Assembly (NCBI RefSeq): GCF_009914755.1
Contig: NC_060938.1
Length of the DNA stretch: 64,000 bases
Source of the DNA: the human T2T-CHM13v2.0 reference genome, Homo sapiens
Reading direction: 5' to 3' (one strand)
In this document: piece by piece, positions 48,637-61,204 of the stretch
Numbering within the stretch: the first letter of the stretch is position 1
How the letters are laid out: every line of letters begins with the position of its first letter
The notes under the pieces: generated by a model
The model's database searches: none
Told to the model about the DNA's origin: nothing
The model's input: only the letters and a program-made list of their open reading frames with translations
Program-made: the position numbers and the translations under genes

Positions 48637-51343
48637 GCAAGTTATTTGTTTTTCATTCTTTCATTGGTTCCCTTTCCCCTTCCCCTCTTTCCACTCTCCT
48701 TTCTCATCTCTCTAAAAAAAAAAAAAAATTCCAGAAAGGAAGCATTACTTTTATCTGCAATAAATTTTTGTCCAGATGACCAAAATCCCATGCATGTCAA
48801 TAAAAGAGTCATAAATTTCTCTCAAAATGGAAAAAAAAGGATGAATGGTTAAAAAAAAAAAAAAAAAAAAGAAAAAAAAATAAGAATGGTGGCAGAATGG
48901 ATCCAGGAACAGCCAGGCTTTTATATAAAGGCTTTTTATAGACTTAATTTTAAATAATGGAATTTTCAGTTCTTTAGAGGGACTGGTTTATTTACTTCAT
49001 GGTTTCAATTAAGTGGAGTCTATTTTTATTTAGCCCAAATCTCACGTTACGATTATTTGATATGAAAATTATTTGAAAATTGAACTAAAATGAAATGGCC
49101 TTCCAAGTGAAATTATACAAGGTGTAATGATGCAGATCTTGCACTGTGAATATATACAAAATATATTTTGTGCCTAGGAGACAGCATTAATCAGTAATGC
49201 CCCTCTGGCCATCGACATTGCTTTTGTAGTAAATCTCTGATAAAAGATACTTCTTCCAAAGTTCTTTTTCAATTAAAGCTTAGTCCAGAATAAATGTAAC
49301 AATCAATCCAGAGATATGGCTGGAGGTGATGATGGTAGTAGCTACCATTTATTGAGCAGTTAATATATGCCAGGCACTGTGATAAGGATTTTACCAAATT
49401 GTTTCCTTTTACTGGCCCTTACGGTTATTTTTCCATTAGATAGATCCCTCCTATCATGATTCTGTGACATTGGAAGGCATTAAGGAATGGTGTTTAATAC
49501 CTAATTTGAAATTAATTTTGATGAAATAAGTCATATACATATATAAACCTTTAATATAATTTGCAGGGATGGGGGAAGAAGGAGAGAGGTGAATGGATTT
49601 TATTAGCATCCATTTGAGAAAATAAACAGGATGCATCTCTTATTAGGACTTGGAGTGTCACACACGCTAAATGCTCAAGGTAAAAAAAAAAAAGGAATCA
49701 CAGAAAACCCTGTTTCCAAGCCTTAACTGCTAACATGTTGGCGCGTGTAGGTAGTATCTAAGGAGGGGTATGCATACACATCTGTGCCCCTGTGTAGATG
49801 TCTCTGCTGAGGACCAGAAATGGTAGCTCACATATGTGGTTTGTGGCTTGTTAAAAAGCAGCCCTTCATATGGAGGCACCCAAAGCCATTAACTTTATAC
49901 ATTTTGTTTAAAAAAAGAAAAAACTCTGCTTACCCGTTAGTTTACTACCAAGCCGTATCAAATCCCACACACTAACTCTTAAAAAATATTTTGAATCTCT
50001 CTCCCAAAAACAAAACAGACCAAATGATTTGCCTGCCTATTGATACTCTGTCTCCTTGGTGATTGTGCCATGAGGCTTGGAAGTGACTTCTCCAGGTCAC
50101 CTCCCATTTACCTGCCTGCTGGAGCTTTAATAGAAGACTCGGTATTGAGGGTACTAAATGTTCTCAGACTCCAAAAATACCCAGACATCTCTGTGTGCTC
50201 CATTCAACCTCCTATCTATTTTGAGAAAAAACTGTAATTTGGTGCTCCTACAGTAGAACCTCAAATCCAACTCGGAGGCAGTTCCCGTAACTGCCTGCTT
50301 TGCAGGCTTAGCTTGCCTTTTAAGAAATGATTTATTTGCCTCTTAGCTGTATTGAGAACTCTGTCTTCCCCTGTGTATCTGGCATCAGGAACATATTGTA
50401 GGCCTGTTTACTTTAGGCCACACAGATGACATCAACACTATCTTACTAAAACAGAAAGGCTTTCAATTTGACAGAAAATCTTTAAACCTACCTGGGTTTT
50501 GACAATTTGACACAAGTATTCTCATCTTAAGGAAAAGCCCAGGATATTGGAGCTCAAGGAATCATTTATTTTGTCTCAGCAGGAAACTGGTCGTGCAGTG
50601 TGACTACCTGTTAGGCTGATGGATTTTCGAGCTCTGCTCTTCTCTGCTGGCGAAGGCCTTTGGCTTTTTCCTGCAGACCCAGGGCTTGGCAGGAAAGACA
50701 ATGGGAGTGTGGCTGGTGATTTTGAGCACACAGGGAGACAGGTGTCCCACTTTTCATCTCTGCTTTCCACTGATTAATTGGTTGGCCTTGAGAAGTTAAT
50801 TAAAATCTGCCAAATGGGGATAAGAATGAAGAGATTTTTACCTTGCAGGAAGGTCAGATGGATTAGTGGTATTAACAGTACCCACGTGAGGAGCTCCTTC
50901 AGTTGCCTGGTGAGAGGTAAAGTGTGTTGAAATAATTAATTGCTATGAAAATACCAGCATTCACAAATCTTTTTCTCAAATCAACCCAGGGAGGGGCTAC
51001 AAAGCCCAGTTTTCATGGGCCACAGCTTGAATTGGCCTATCCAAAGCCCAGCCATTGGCAGGATCTGTTTATTCAGAGGAGTTCTTAGGACAGTCAGGAG
51101 CTCTACCCAGGACTCTCTTAGAAACCTGCAGGTGGAGTGAGCATTTATCCGAAGAGACAGCCTGATACATAAGTGGAGAGAGCTCCTCATTCACTAAAAT
51201 ATTTTTACCTTGGCATTGAAGTTGACAAAACTAAGAGCTATTAACTAACATTAAGAGCAGGGGCCTCAAAGGATGTGAAAACCACAGAGAGTGTGATTCC
51301 AACCCCCACCTTCCGTCTTCTCCCCCTTCATCTTGTGCGCTTG

Positions 51344-51379
51344 CTCTCTCTCTCTCTCTCTCTCTCTAGTGCTCTCTCG

Positions 51380-51450
<71 letters not shown>
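51344..51450 (+). repeat. Compound microsatellite (CT)n-(TA)n-(CA)n
   Basis: Direct reading. Confidence 0.98.
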
Positions 51451-51451
<1 letters not shown>

Positions 51452-51741
51452 GTCTATATGTAGAAATAGTTATGCCTAAAGGTTTGGGGAAGAAGAAAGG
51501 AGACTGTATGTTTCAAAATAAGGTTTGAAATTTTGAGTATTGGATACGAGTTAAGGCAGGCCTGGGACTCAAACTGCCAGGGCATGAGTCCTGGATAATC
51601 TTGTCTGGGAATTTGATCTGGGCTTGGGGGGAGAGAGCGTGTTAGTTATTTAGTCTTTCTAAGCTTGAGTTTCGTCCTCCATAAAATGAAGATATTAAAA
51701 TACCTACCTCATTGCATTGATGTAAATATTCAAAAAGATAA

Positions 51742-52220
51742 TGTTTCTTAGTTGGGTTCCTCAAAAAAGCAGAGCCTACGTAAAGGCTTTGTTCCCTGCT
51801 TTGGGAGTGCAACCCCAGGGAACAAAAGTGCGAGACAAGGGAAGTAAGGCAGGGAAGAAGGGAGGTCAAGTGTGAGAATACACAGTTGAATTGGCCACCA
51901 CTCAGTATGGCTAATTGCCTGATCTTGTGTGATCACACTCCAAGAAGCTGTATGAACTGATAGGACAACTGACTACGGGGCAAAAAGTAGACTTTACATA
52001 TATTGGTGTCAAGCAGGGTTCTGCAGCTGTCTAAGCCTTGGCGGTCGACAGAGAGACCAATGATAAGAAATGAGAATTATATTGTGTGGGTAGAAGGTAA
52101 GACTTTATTGAGTAGTTCCAGGCTGAAACTACTTAGAGCCCATATAGGCTGTGCCTTAGGGGAAGATGGAACATGAGTTAAGGCCAAGAAGATCTGAAGT
52201 GTTTAAGAGCCAATTTTTAT
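51742..52220 (-). mobile_element. Old ERVL LTR (LTR33-like)
   Basis: tgtttcttagttgggttcctcaaaaaagcagagcct start resembles the LTR33/LTR16-class terminus; right boundary uncertain. Confidence 0.45.
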
Positions 52221-53419
52221 AGTCTGTAAAGGATTTGATATGGTATTTGGCATAAGAAATAGTTTAGTAGATGTTAGCTATTATTACTTATGGTCAGAAA
52301 TGCAATACAGAGATGATCAAGAGTAGGCTAAAATAGATGGGAGTTTTAGGAAGAGACAAGGGAGTTTGAGAGAAGATTCTGACTTGATTTTTGAGTTGGC
52401 CTAAATCCTTGGAGACTTGCTTCTAATATATATACACTAGTCAGTTGTATTCAAAAGTCTCTATAGCAACCACTTTTATCACTTGAAACTAAGTACCTCT
52501 GAATAGAAACACTCACGCATGATTGCATGCTCAGAGGAAAGGATATAAGAAGCTTCACTTATTTTACAAGAAATCTAAATTTTCTTGCAGGCTAATTTGA
52601 ATCTTAAAAGAAAAGGATATTTATTAGATGTCTACTGTCTGTCAAGTCCTCTACTTTTTACAACATCCCTACACAGAAGGTACCATCTCCATTTTACAGT
52701 TGAGGAAAATAGAACATGGAAAGGATTAAATGACTTGCCCAGTGTCATAGAGCTAGTAAGTGGTAGGCCTGGGCTTCCTAAGGAAATATGAACCCAGAGA
52801 ACCATGAACTTTCACCCAGACTATGTGGGAAAGTTTCATTGATGGATGCACATTTTGAGGCATTGTATTATAATTTGAAACGAGATCTCTAAATTAGCAA
52901 GTTCTGGTGTTCAATTGCATAAATAAGAACTGGTTTGCAATAAGAATCAGATCAAAGTTTAGTTACAGGTAAGGATCATGCCTTCAGAGGAAAATAGAAT
53001 TATTATTGACATTATTTATAATTTGTTAGTGGGGTGGTTCATTATAATAAATGCAGCCTAGCTCAGTTTTCCCAGTAAGGTCATCAGATCTGAGTGGCTG
53101 CAAGTAAATTGCTACCCAAGGGTGACATTCCATAAAGAGGGATGTGTGTTTGAGAATAGGTAGCACCAGTCCAGTGGTGGGAATAGATATTTATGCAGTC
53201 TGGTCTAAGCCAGGTATTTTCATATCAATGAAAACCTCACAACAACACACCAGCAAGTAGGCACATTAATGTGCATTTTTAAGCTAGACTACCGAGAGGC
53301 TGGTCTATTTGGCCAGGGTAAAAAAGCTAGTCAGTGGTAGAGTTATGATTTCAATTTAGGTGTTCTGGCTCCAGGCTCAGTGTTGCTGTTTACTAAAGGG
53401 CTGTGGAGGTGTCCTCCTA

Positions 53420-53572
53420 AATCCTTGCTGCTCAAAGTGTGAGCCGAGGCTAGCAGCGTCAACATCCCTTGTGCATGTCCCAGAAATGGCAGGATCTCAA
53501 GCTCCACTCCAGACCTACTGAATCAGAATCCTCAGATGATTTAGGTCTACATTAAAGTTTGAGAAGCTCAGC
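53420..53572. mobile_element. MER5A-family hAT MITE
   Basis: ctcaaagtgtg...cagacctactgaatcagaatc...aaagtttgagaa; flanked by cctaaa on both sides. Confidence 0.7.
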
Positions 53573-54084
53573 CCTAAACCTTTTATCCCACTTAGATTGA
53601 AAATATACTGAAGCATCACCTTCCTGGGACTCCCATCAAAATTCTTGTCTGTAGAAAGCTCTTGCCTGTGGAGAACAGGCTCAGGCTCAACCATCTGTAT
53701 TTAGGGACACAAGGAAAAGTTGCCTATGGACAATTGCCTGTTGACTTAATTTTAGATTTAGCATCTCAGTTGGTTTCAATGATCCTGGGCAATTGTGCTT
53801 TTTGAGAGGCAGTATATATGAAAACACTTTGCAAAAATATAAAAGCTTTAGTTATCCATTCCAAAAACATTCACGAAGGCGCACCATATGCTAGGCACTT
53901 TGCCGTCAAAGAATTCACAGTTTAATGCAGCGATAGACCAGTAAACAGACCTATCTGATATAGAGGGAATACACTGGCAGTTAGAAAGCAGGGATTCTGA
54001 AAGAGCACAAAGGGGCACCAACTGGCCAAAATGTAATTGGGTATCATCATTTCCATTTCTAATTGTTTCCTCTGCCTGCAACAG

Positions 54085-54525
54085 GAACAGGACAGGACCA
54101 ATTTGCAGGTGCCATCCGGGGTCTCAGAGCCCATCTCAAAGTGTGGTGACCTAGATGTCATCTTTGAATATAGAGCCGCCAGCCAGAAGCTCACAGTGAC
54201 CATTGTGAGGGCACAGGGCCTCCCAGATAAGGACCGAAGTGGTGTCAACTCCTGGCAAGTTCATGTAGTGCTGCTGCCTGGTAAGAAACACAGGGGCAGG
54301 ACGAACATACAGAGAGGGCCCAACCCCGTCTTCAGGGAGAAGGTCACCTTTGCCAAGCTGGAGCCCAGAGATGTGGCTGCCTGTGCTGTCCGCTTCCGCC
54401 TGTACGCTGCCCGGAAGATGACCCGAGAGAGAATGATGGGAGAGAAACTATTCTATCTCAGCCACCTGCACCCAGAAGGGGAAATGAAAGTGACTCTGGT
54501 TCTGGAGCCAAGAAGTAATATAAGC
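54085..54525 (+). CDS. SYT16: SYT16 exon encoding the C2A domain (441 nt, phase 0 to 0): EQDRTNLQVP...KCGDLDVIFEYRAASQKLTVTIVRAQGLP...LEPRSNIS
   Basis: ORF 54037..54597 has the synaptotagmin C2 signature (LTVTIVRAQGLP, PNPVFREKVTF, VRFRLY); acceptor tcctctgcctgcaacAG|GAA, donor AGC|GTGAGT. Confidence 0.96.
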
Positions 54526-55154
54526 GTGAGTATGTTAAATGGTGCTGCTAATGATGTGGTGTGTTCGAAGACCTGGGATTGTCAGCCCTTGATTTAGTAC
54601 GTTCAGTCTGTGAATTCAGAGACTTTAATTTAATTTTCCATTTGGCTCTCCTCACCCTTGTAAGCCATGATTTGCACTTCATGGTACAATGGGTCTTTCA
54701 TGCCTGTCTTCCTGATAACCTGATGGATAAATGCCCTGTCCATTTTAGGACAAAATAGCAGCAGTGTGGTAGAGGGCATGGAGAAAAACAGGGAAGGTGG
54801 CTTGGCCCTCTGGATTGTGGATAACTGATCCTACTCCTCCTGCCCCCAATCTGCATCATGATGAATCTCAGAGATGGGACTTTCTGGGCAAGGTTCTTAA
54901 CGGGTATGCTGGGGCAGACTGAGAGAGCAGCCCAGAACTTCAGCTGCTTCTGAAACCTTTCATTTGTGTTACTACCGTCTTCCCTCATACCCCATTTCCC
55001 TGCTTGCCACAGGGTTTCAAGGAAAGGTGTCATAATTTACATGCCTACAGGATGGGCAGCTCACTACTGCTGTGGGTTATATGTCATGTAGTATGCCCAT
55101 CTCCTTTTACAAAACCACGTTAACAGATCAGGGAGCTCTGTAGGCTCTGGATTC

Positions 55155-55900
55155 AATCAGTCATTCATTCAGAGATGTTTACTGTCAATTATGGTATAGG
55201 CAAAGTGGATGCAGGAAAGAACTAAGCAGGCGATGCCTCTGCCCTTGGAGAGCTTGCAGTCTAGTGGTGGCCAAGTAGGCAAGGAGACAGAGTGATAGGC
55301 TGCCGCTTGTTTAGAGGATCAGAGAAAGTTTCTTTGAGGTGGTGATAAAACGCCGGAACTCAAAGCATCGAGAGAGCGAGGCTGGTGCTGTGAGGAGGAT
55401 GAGAGTTCCAGACAGAGTGAACAGCACATGCAAGCAGTCAGGATGTGGGGTGGCCGGGGGAGTGGGGAAGCTTGTCATATCTGAGGAAGAACAAAGGAGA
55501 CAGAAAGTCTGGACTGTAGTGGTGGCAGATCTGTCTACTTAAATGTCCAATGATGTCTCAAAATTAACGTCTTCAGGCTTGAAATCCTGATTTTTGCCTC
55601 CCTAAATCTATTCCCCCTGCAGTCTTCTCCATGTTGCTTAAAGGCAGTTGCATTCTTCCAATTGCTGGGGTCAAAAATCTCAGAAGTCATCTGTGACTTT
55701 TCTGTTTTCCACCTGAAATCCTATTGGCTCTATCTTCAGGTACAACCAGAACCTGGCTCTCTGCTGGATTACTGAAATAGCTGCTCAGTGGTGGTCTTTC
55801 CACTTCTGCCTTTGCCTCTACAGACTCTTCTGGACATGGGAGCCAGAATGAGCTTTTTAAAGTTATAAGCCAGATGATGTCTCAGCTCTGCTCAGATCTC
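55155..55900. mobile_element. L2 LINE fragments (both orientations)
   Basis: cattcattcagagatgtttactg...; tccccctgcagtcttctccatg...cattcttccaattgct. Confidence 0.55.
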
Positions 55901-57447
55901 CCTTTTTTCTTAATATCTGAGTAAAGCACATCGGAAATGATGGAAAACAGAATGCAGTGGAGATCAGAAGGGATCCTGCGTGATAGAGCTTGGGAATGGG
56001 GATGATCACACCCATATTTATGCTTGCTAGGCCCTATGCTGTGTGCTGGTGGCACGGAGTTGAATGGGGAAAATGAGCTAGTGTAAAAGAACTTTGCAGG
56101 TGGAAGTCTTTCATTCACCAGTTATTTGTTGAGCACAGTTATGTGCCAGACATTAGGCTATGCACCAGGGACTGAGAGATTTATACGGATTCAGAATTTG
56201 ATGGGAGAGGCAAGCAGTGAGTGACAGGTGCCACAGCGGGAAGCTTTTATAGGAGCACAGGAGGGGGAGTGAGTCTCACTTAAGAGTAAGCAAATATTTC
56301 ATTGTTGAATTTTTATCTTCTAGACAGCAGGGTCTGTAAGACATCTATCACAACCACCTAGCCCTGCCGTTTACAAACTATGTTCCATACAGCCTCAGGT
56401 TAGGTGGGGGGGCGCTCTGCAGAAATGTCTGTGGTTTGGTAAACAGGATACTTTCCTGCAGATGGGCAGAATATTTGATTCCTTTTATTGGTTCTAATTA
56501 TTGAGTTTCTGGTCAGAAATTTGAAGAAATGATTTCAAACATTGAGAAGAAAGGTTTAAGTCAAGTCTAATGCCCTTGTTTCTGGTGGAGGAGATGGTGT
56601 TTCAGGGGGACAGGATTGCCTGCCCCCACAGGGTCGATTCCTACTCCCGTGCCTTGAGGGACAATCAGTGTCCTTCTCAGTTTTGTGCTCCTCCTCCCGA
56701 TGTGCCCGTGCCTGGTGGGGAAGTGTAGGTGCTCAGGAGAAGCGTGCCCATGAATAAACATGACAGAAAGCTCAGGTTCTCCTGGGCTCACTTGGTGCCT
56801 GCCAGGTCGCTGAGACCCACAACCCATGTGTTGTCTTTTTTCTCAAACAGTTGTAAAAGTGCTCATTTGTAATGTAAGTTATTTCTTTAAAAGGCAAAAT
56901 TTGGCACCTGGCATATATTTAACAACCTTAAGCAGAACTAGGAGCCAAATGTTCTATGTGGGGGTAGACGTCCAGTGGTCATTTCTTTTATAGTTAAGAC
57001 ACAACGCCTCCTGTATTGCCATATTCATCAAGGAGCTGCAGAGAACAGAAACAAACCTCAGGCCTGGAGTGGAGGGGTTCCTTAGAAACATCCAAGCACA
57101 GATTACACAGGGGGGAATTTGAGTCTATATTGAATGTATTATTAACTCTCCTTGTATCTTAGAGGGTTTGATTTACACTAGTAATAACGTCTTTGTCCGT
57201 TTTGCCTTTAGAGAGGAAATATTGAATGGAGACAGCTCTTGAAACAAATATGTCAGTTCCTAATGCAGGGATCTCATCCGTGACTGTGCTCCCTGGGCCC
57301 ATTGTAATTCACGCCGAGTGCGCCCTTAGTCATCTTTGGCAGTCATTGGGGATTGGGTCACAATTTCACCAAACATAATATCGGCTTTCTCTAAAAGAGA
57401 GTAGTGCAGCGTGGGCCAATGGATTCTTTGTTGTTCTTCCCCTCCAG

Positions 57448-57637
57448 AGTGGAGGGTCTCCGCTCAGCCCATCTGCGGTTTCTCACAGTGATAGTACTTC
57501 ATCCACGCAGTCGCTGTCTCATGGAGGGGCGCCAGAGCTGTTGGTGGGGCTCTCGTACAATGCCACAACGGGGCGATTATCTGTGGAAATGATCAAAGGC
57601 AGCCATTTCCGAAACCTCGCTGTTAACCGAGCACCTG
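57448..57637 (+). CDS. SYT16: SYT16 exon for the inter-C2 linker and start of C2B (190 nt, phase 0 to 1): SGGSPLSPSAVSHSDSTSSTQSLSHGGAPELLVGLSYNATTGRLSVEMIKGSHFRNLAVNRAP(D)
   Basis: Acceptor ttgttcttcccctccAG|AGT, donor CCTG|GTAAGT; ELLVGLSY..GRLSVEMIKG is a C2B beta1-beta2 motif; this frame is not listed in the ORF track and was translated by hand. Confidence 0.94.
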
Positions 57638-57967
57638 GTAAGTGTGAGTCTGTTCTCCCAGCTCTGGTTCTTCCAGAGGCAAGTGGAAAGCCCTGTCTGC
57701 TTTCATCTTAGTTCTTTAATTTTTACCATAAAAATGATCTTATTATGGCTTAAGCAAGCTTTCACAAAGAGATACCTCTGTATTTTTTAAATGGCTCTCT
57801 ATTTAATTAGACTTCTTTGCTATCTAGATGTTTCTGGACATGAAATAGACTGGCCTGTGTGTCTATATTGTTTAAAGGAAAAGAATGAACAGCATTTTCA
57901 GCAACATAATGTGTATGGGCAATTAAAATCTGCTAATACGTCCTAGGCCCTCAACTTTAAAGAAAAA

Positions 57968-58215
57968 GAGCTCTGGCTTTGGAGTAAGGCAGATCTGGGA
58001 TTGAATTCCAGCTTTACCTACCACTTAACCACTAGCTTTGATCTGATCCTGTGCAATTTATCCCTTTTCAGAACACAGCTAACTCATCTGACAAAAAAAG
58101 ATATTAATAGTACCTTCCTGATGGAGTTGTTTTGGAGTTTAAATGAAATGATTTATTTAAAGCATTTAGTACCATGCCTATCACATAGTGAATGCACAAG
58201 AAATGTTAATGGTTG
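57968..58215 (+). mobile_element. MIR SINE
   Basis: gagctctggctttggagtaaggcagatctgggattgaattccagc. Confidence 0.72.
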
Positions 58216-59447
58216 TGGTGGTGACAGAGAAAGGAAGTAAAGGAGGCAGATCTGGGGCAATGCAGGACTGGCTTTCTAGGGGAACTGCCACTTTTGAGAT
58301 TGTCACTGGAAAGAGGGGTTCAAGGTATATCCCCAGAGCTGCAGTCCAAGGTTCAGAAAGCCAGACTCAAAAAGCTGCTGTTTTCAGTTGCCTCAACAGC
58401 CTCTCACCACCTAGGAAGTTAGAGATTGAACATTAGAAGCATGCTGTTAAAAAGTTAGCTTACCTTTTTATGATCTTGTTTTGCAGCAAAAAAGCTTGAA
58501 AGGGGGGCAGGAAGATGATTTCTTTTTTGCTTCTGCCTTCTGGACCTCATGCAAATACACCTAATTGGAGGACTTAATTTGGATCTGGAATGCTAGCTGC
58601 AAGAGAGTCTGAAAATGTTGTTGAATTTCTAGTCTTTTGAGTCAGGAAGGTAAACTAGAAGGGAGTAGAGTAGAGGGCTAGGGAGCCTGCCCACCATGGG
58701 CACCAAACTGTTATTGAAAGAAGGATGAAATCAGTATATTTGTGGCAGGCTGAAAGAGTCAGTGGGCTCAGGCCTCATGTATCAGCAGCAGGTGAAGAAC
58801 TAGGAGCACCACTGGAAAAGAGTCATCTCCTACAACTGAATCTGGGCTCTCACTCTTTTTTTGCCCTTAACTATGCTGCAGCCCACAAAGGATCTGTGGA
58901 ATGGGGGTATCTTGTTAGTCAACTTGTATGAAAACCATTAGGAGGGCAAATTAGTAAGGAATGCCCCAGCACTTTGGATAACAGAATAGACTGGGTTTAT
59001 CAGCCATATTCTATGTCGACACTCAGAGCCACATGAGGGCTATTTAGAATGCATAATAGATGCTTATTATTAATTGCATAGCTAGACTCTTTTTGCTAGA
59101 TACCAATTTGTTTTCCAGAATAGCTCTGAATTTACTAGAGATCTGTCTGGATTTACTACTTTGCCTTCTGAACTTTTGCTAACCTCTTTTGCTGTCCTTC
59201 TGAGATCAGGTAAAGTCTGAACAATTTTTTAGGAACAGGGTAGAGATGCAGAGAATGATGGGGTTGTGGATCACACAATCATGGCCTATTCAAGTCCATG
59301 CTGGGAAGCTTTATTTTGTATATTGGGTGGTACCGGGCAATCCAGAGGAGAGGTACATCATCGTGCTTGAGAAAGTACCAGCTGGAGGCCAACAAACCAA
59401 GGTGTGAATTCAGGCTCTGCCACTTATTATAATAGTTGTGAGTTACT

Positions 59448-59796
<349 letters not shown>

Positions 59797-60539
59797 TCAG
59801 TTTCCTCATCTATAAAAAAGGAGTCAGTATAGTATATACTTTATAAGTTTGCATTCCTGTAATACATGCAAAACTGTGATGTTGAGGATGGAACTATTAT
59901 ATCTTAATAAATATCTACATAAATATGCTAAAGATGAAATTCCTGTAACAAATATTTAAAACCAAATAGGAAAAAAAGGCAAGTCCTAATTTAGAAATGG
60001 ATTTTATTCCAGAAGTTTAAGTCTATTTGGCATTTAGTACATGATTTGCCATAGGCATAGTGTTGCAATAAAACTTAAAATGTAACTGACATGTTGTATC
60101 TTTGCAACCCATGGAATAGAAAACAATGCTGCCGTGATGCTAGTAATTAAAACAGAAAGCCAATAGTGAAGACAAAAGTTTTTTGTCTCTGTAGAATGCT
60201 GGTACTTGAGGAAAAGCCAGTTTAATTAGGAAGGGATGAGAAAGTAGAAGGTTCCTTTGTGGAGCTTCTGAAATGGACCTCTTGGGATTTTCAAGGGCTT
60301 TGGATGTCGACGGCCTTGGTTTTTCATTATGTCTCGCTTCATTATGGCACTCACACTACTTTGACAGTTACATGGCAAGCTTGGGATACATTTTTAGTTC
60401 CCATATGGAAGAGAACAAGAGAGAGAAAGAATGAGGGGACACGAGTTTTATGAGGTAACTGAGAAGAGTTGGAAGGAAGAGGGGGAGAAGAAGAGAGGAC
60501 AGGAGCCAGGAGAGGAATGGAGCTGTGAGTGGGGAAAGG

Positions 60540-60748
60540 CGGAGGCCGCATGCCAAGTGCACCGCTCCCCACGGCAGAGGGAGAGCCGGCGGCAGCCTGG
60601 GGCCTGCTGCAGAGTCCACCACAGGGTCGCCGCCGGCCAGGGGAACTTGTACCACTGAGGGCCATGACAGCTTGTGGTTGAGGCTCTCGGCTCAGGTGCA
60701 GTTACCTCTTCCGTGACCTCAATCATGCCCGACGGGGCGGTCATGATC
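60540..60748. promoter_or_regulatory. Small intronic CpG/GC-rich patch (candidate enhancer or internal promoter)
   Basis: About 14 CpGs in ~200 bp against an AT-rich, CpG-depleted background; GC box GGGGCGG and ETS-like CTTCCG. Confidence 0.35.
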
Positions 60749-61204
60749 ACATAAAGAATGGTTCTTAGGGAAGTGTGAAGGAAAATAGGTTGAGCCTGAG
60801 TGTTAGGAACTTTTCTTCTCTTGAATATTGTTAAGGTTTTACATGTTGCTGGAAAGAGAGACAGCGGCTAGGATTTAGAAGTGAGAATCTTTTTGCCTCA
60901 AAATATATCATAAAACAAAAGGCAACTTTGAATTCACCAACCTGACCCGGTTAGATAATCGGATATTTTTTAAACTTTTCCTCATAAGTAAGACAGAGGA
61001 ACTGAACAAACAGTAGATGAAGTTCTTCTCCTCTGTTGGGGTCTTAGAAGAAATAAGCCACTGAGATAGAAACCCCCTCCCCTTCTGAGGTAAAATCCTT
61101 GGGCGAGAGGGCTCCTTTCTCTGATGGGCTGGAGGTAGTGGGGCCAATAATAGAAATGTGAGTCTCTGCCGGCTCCAACCAGAGCCTCCACTGCACAGCC
61201 CCCA

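Noticed and set aside
56395-56420. CTCF-like string aggtggggggggcgct (and ccaccacagggtcgcc near 60617)
   Set aside because: Poor fit to the CCASYAGRKGGC core when aligned by eye
57404-57592. 62-aa ORF over the fourth exon
   Set aside because: Wrong frame; the real SYT16 frame starts at 57448 (SGGSPLSP)
60351-60750. Cluster of overlapping ORFs on both strands
   Set aside because: Stop-poor because of GC/purine skew; no homology recognised and no splice context
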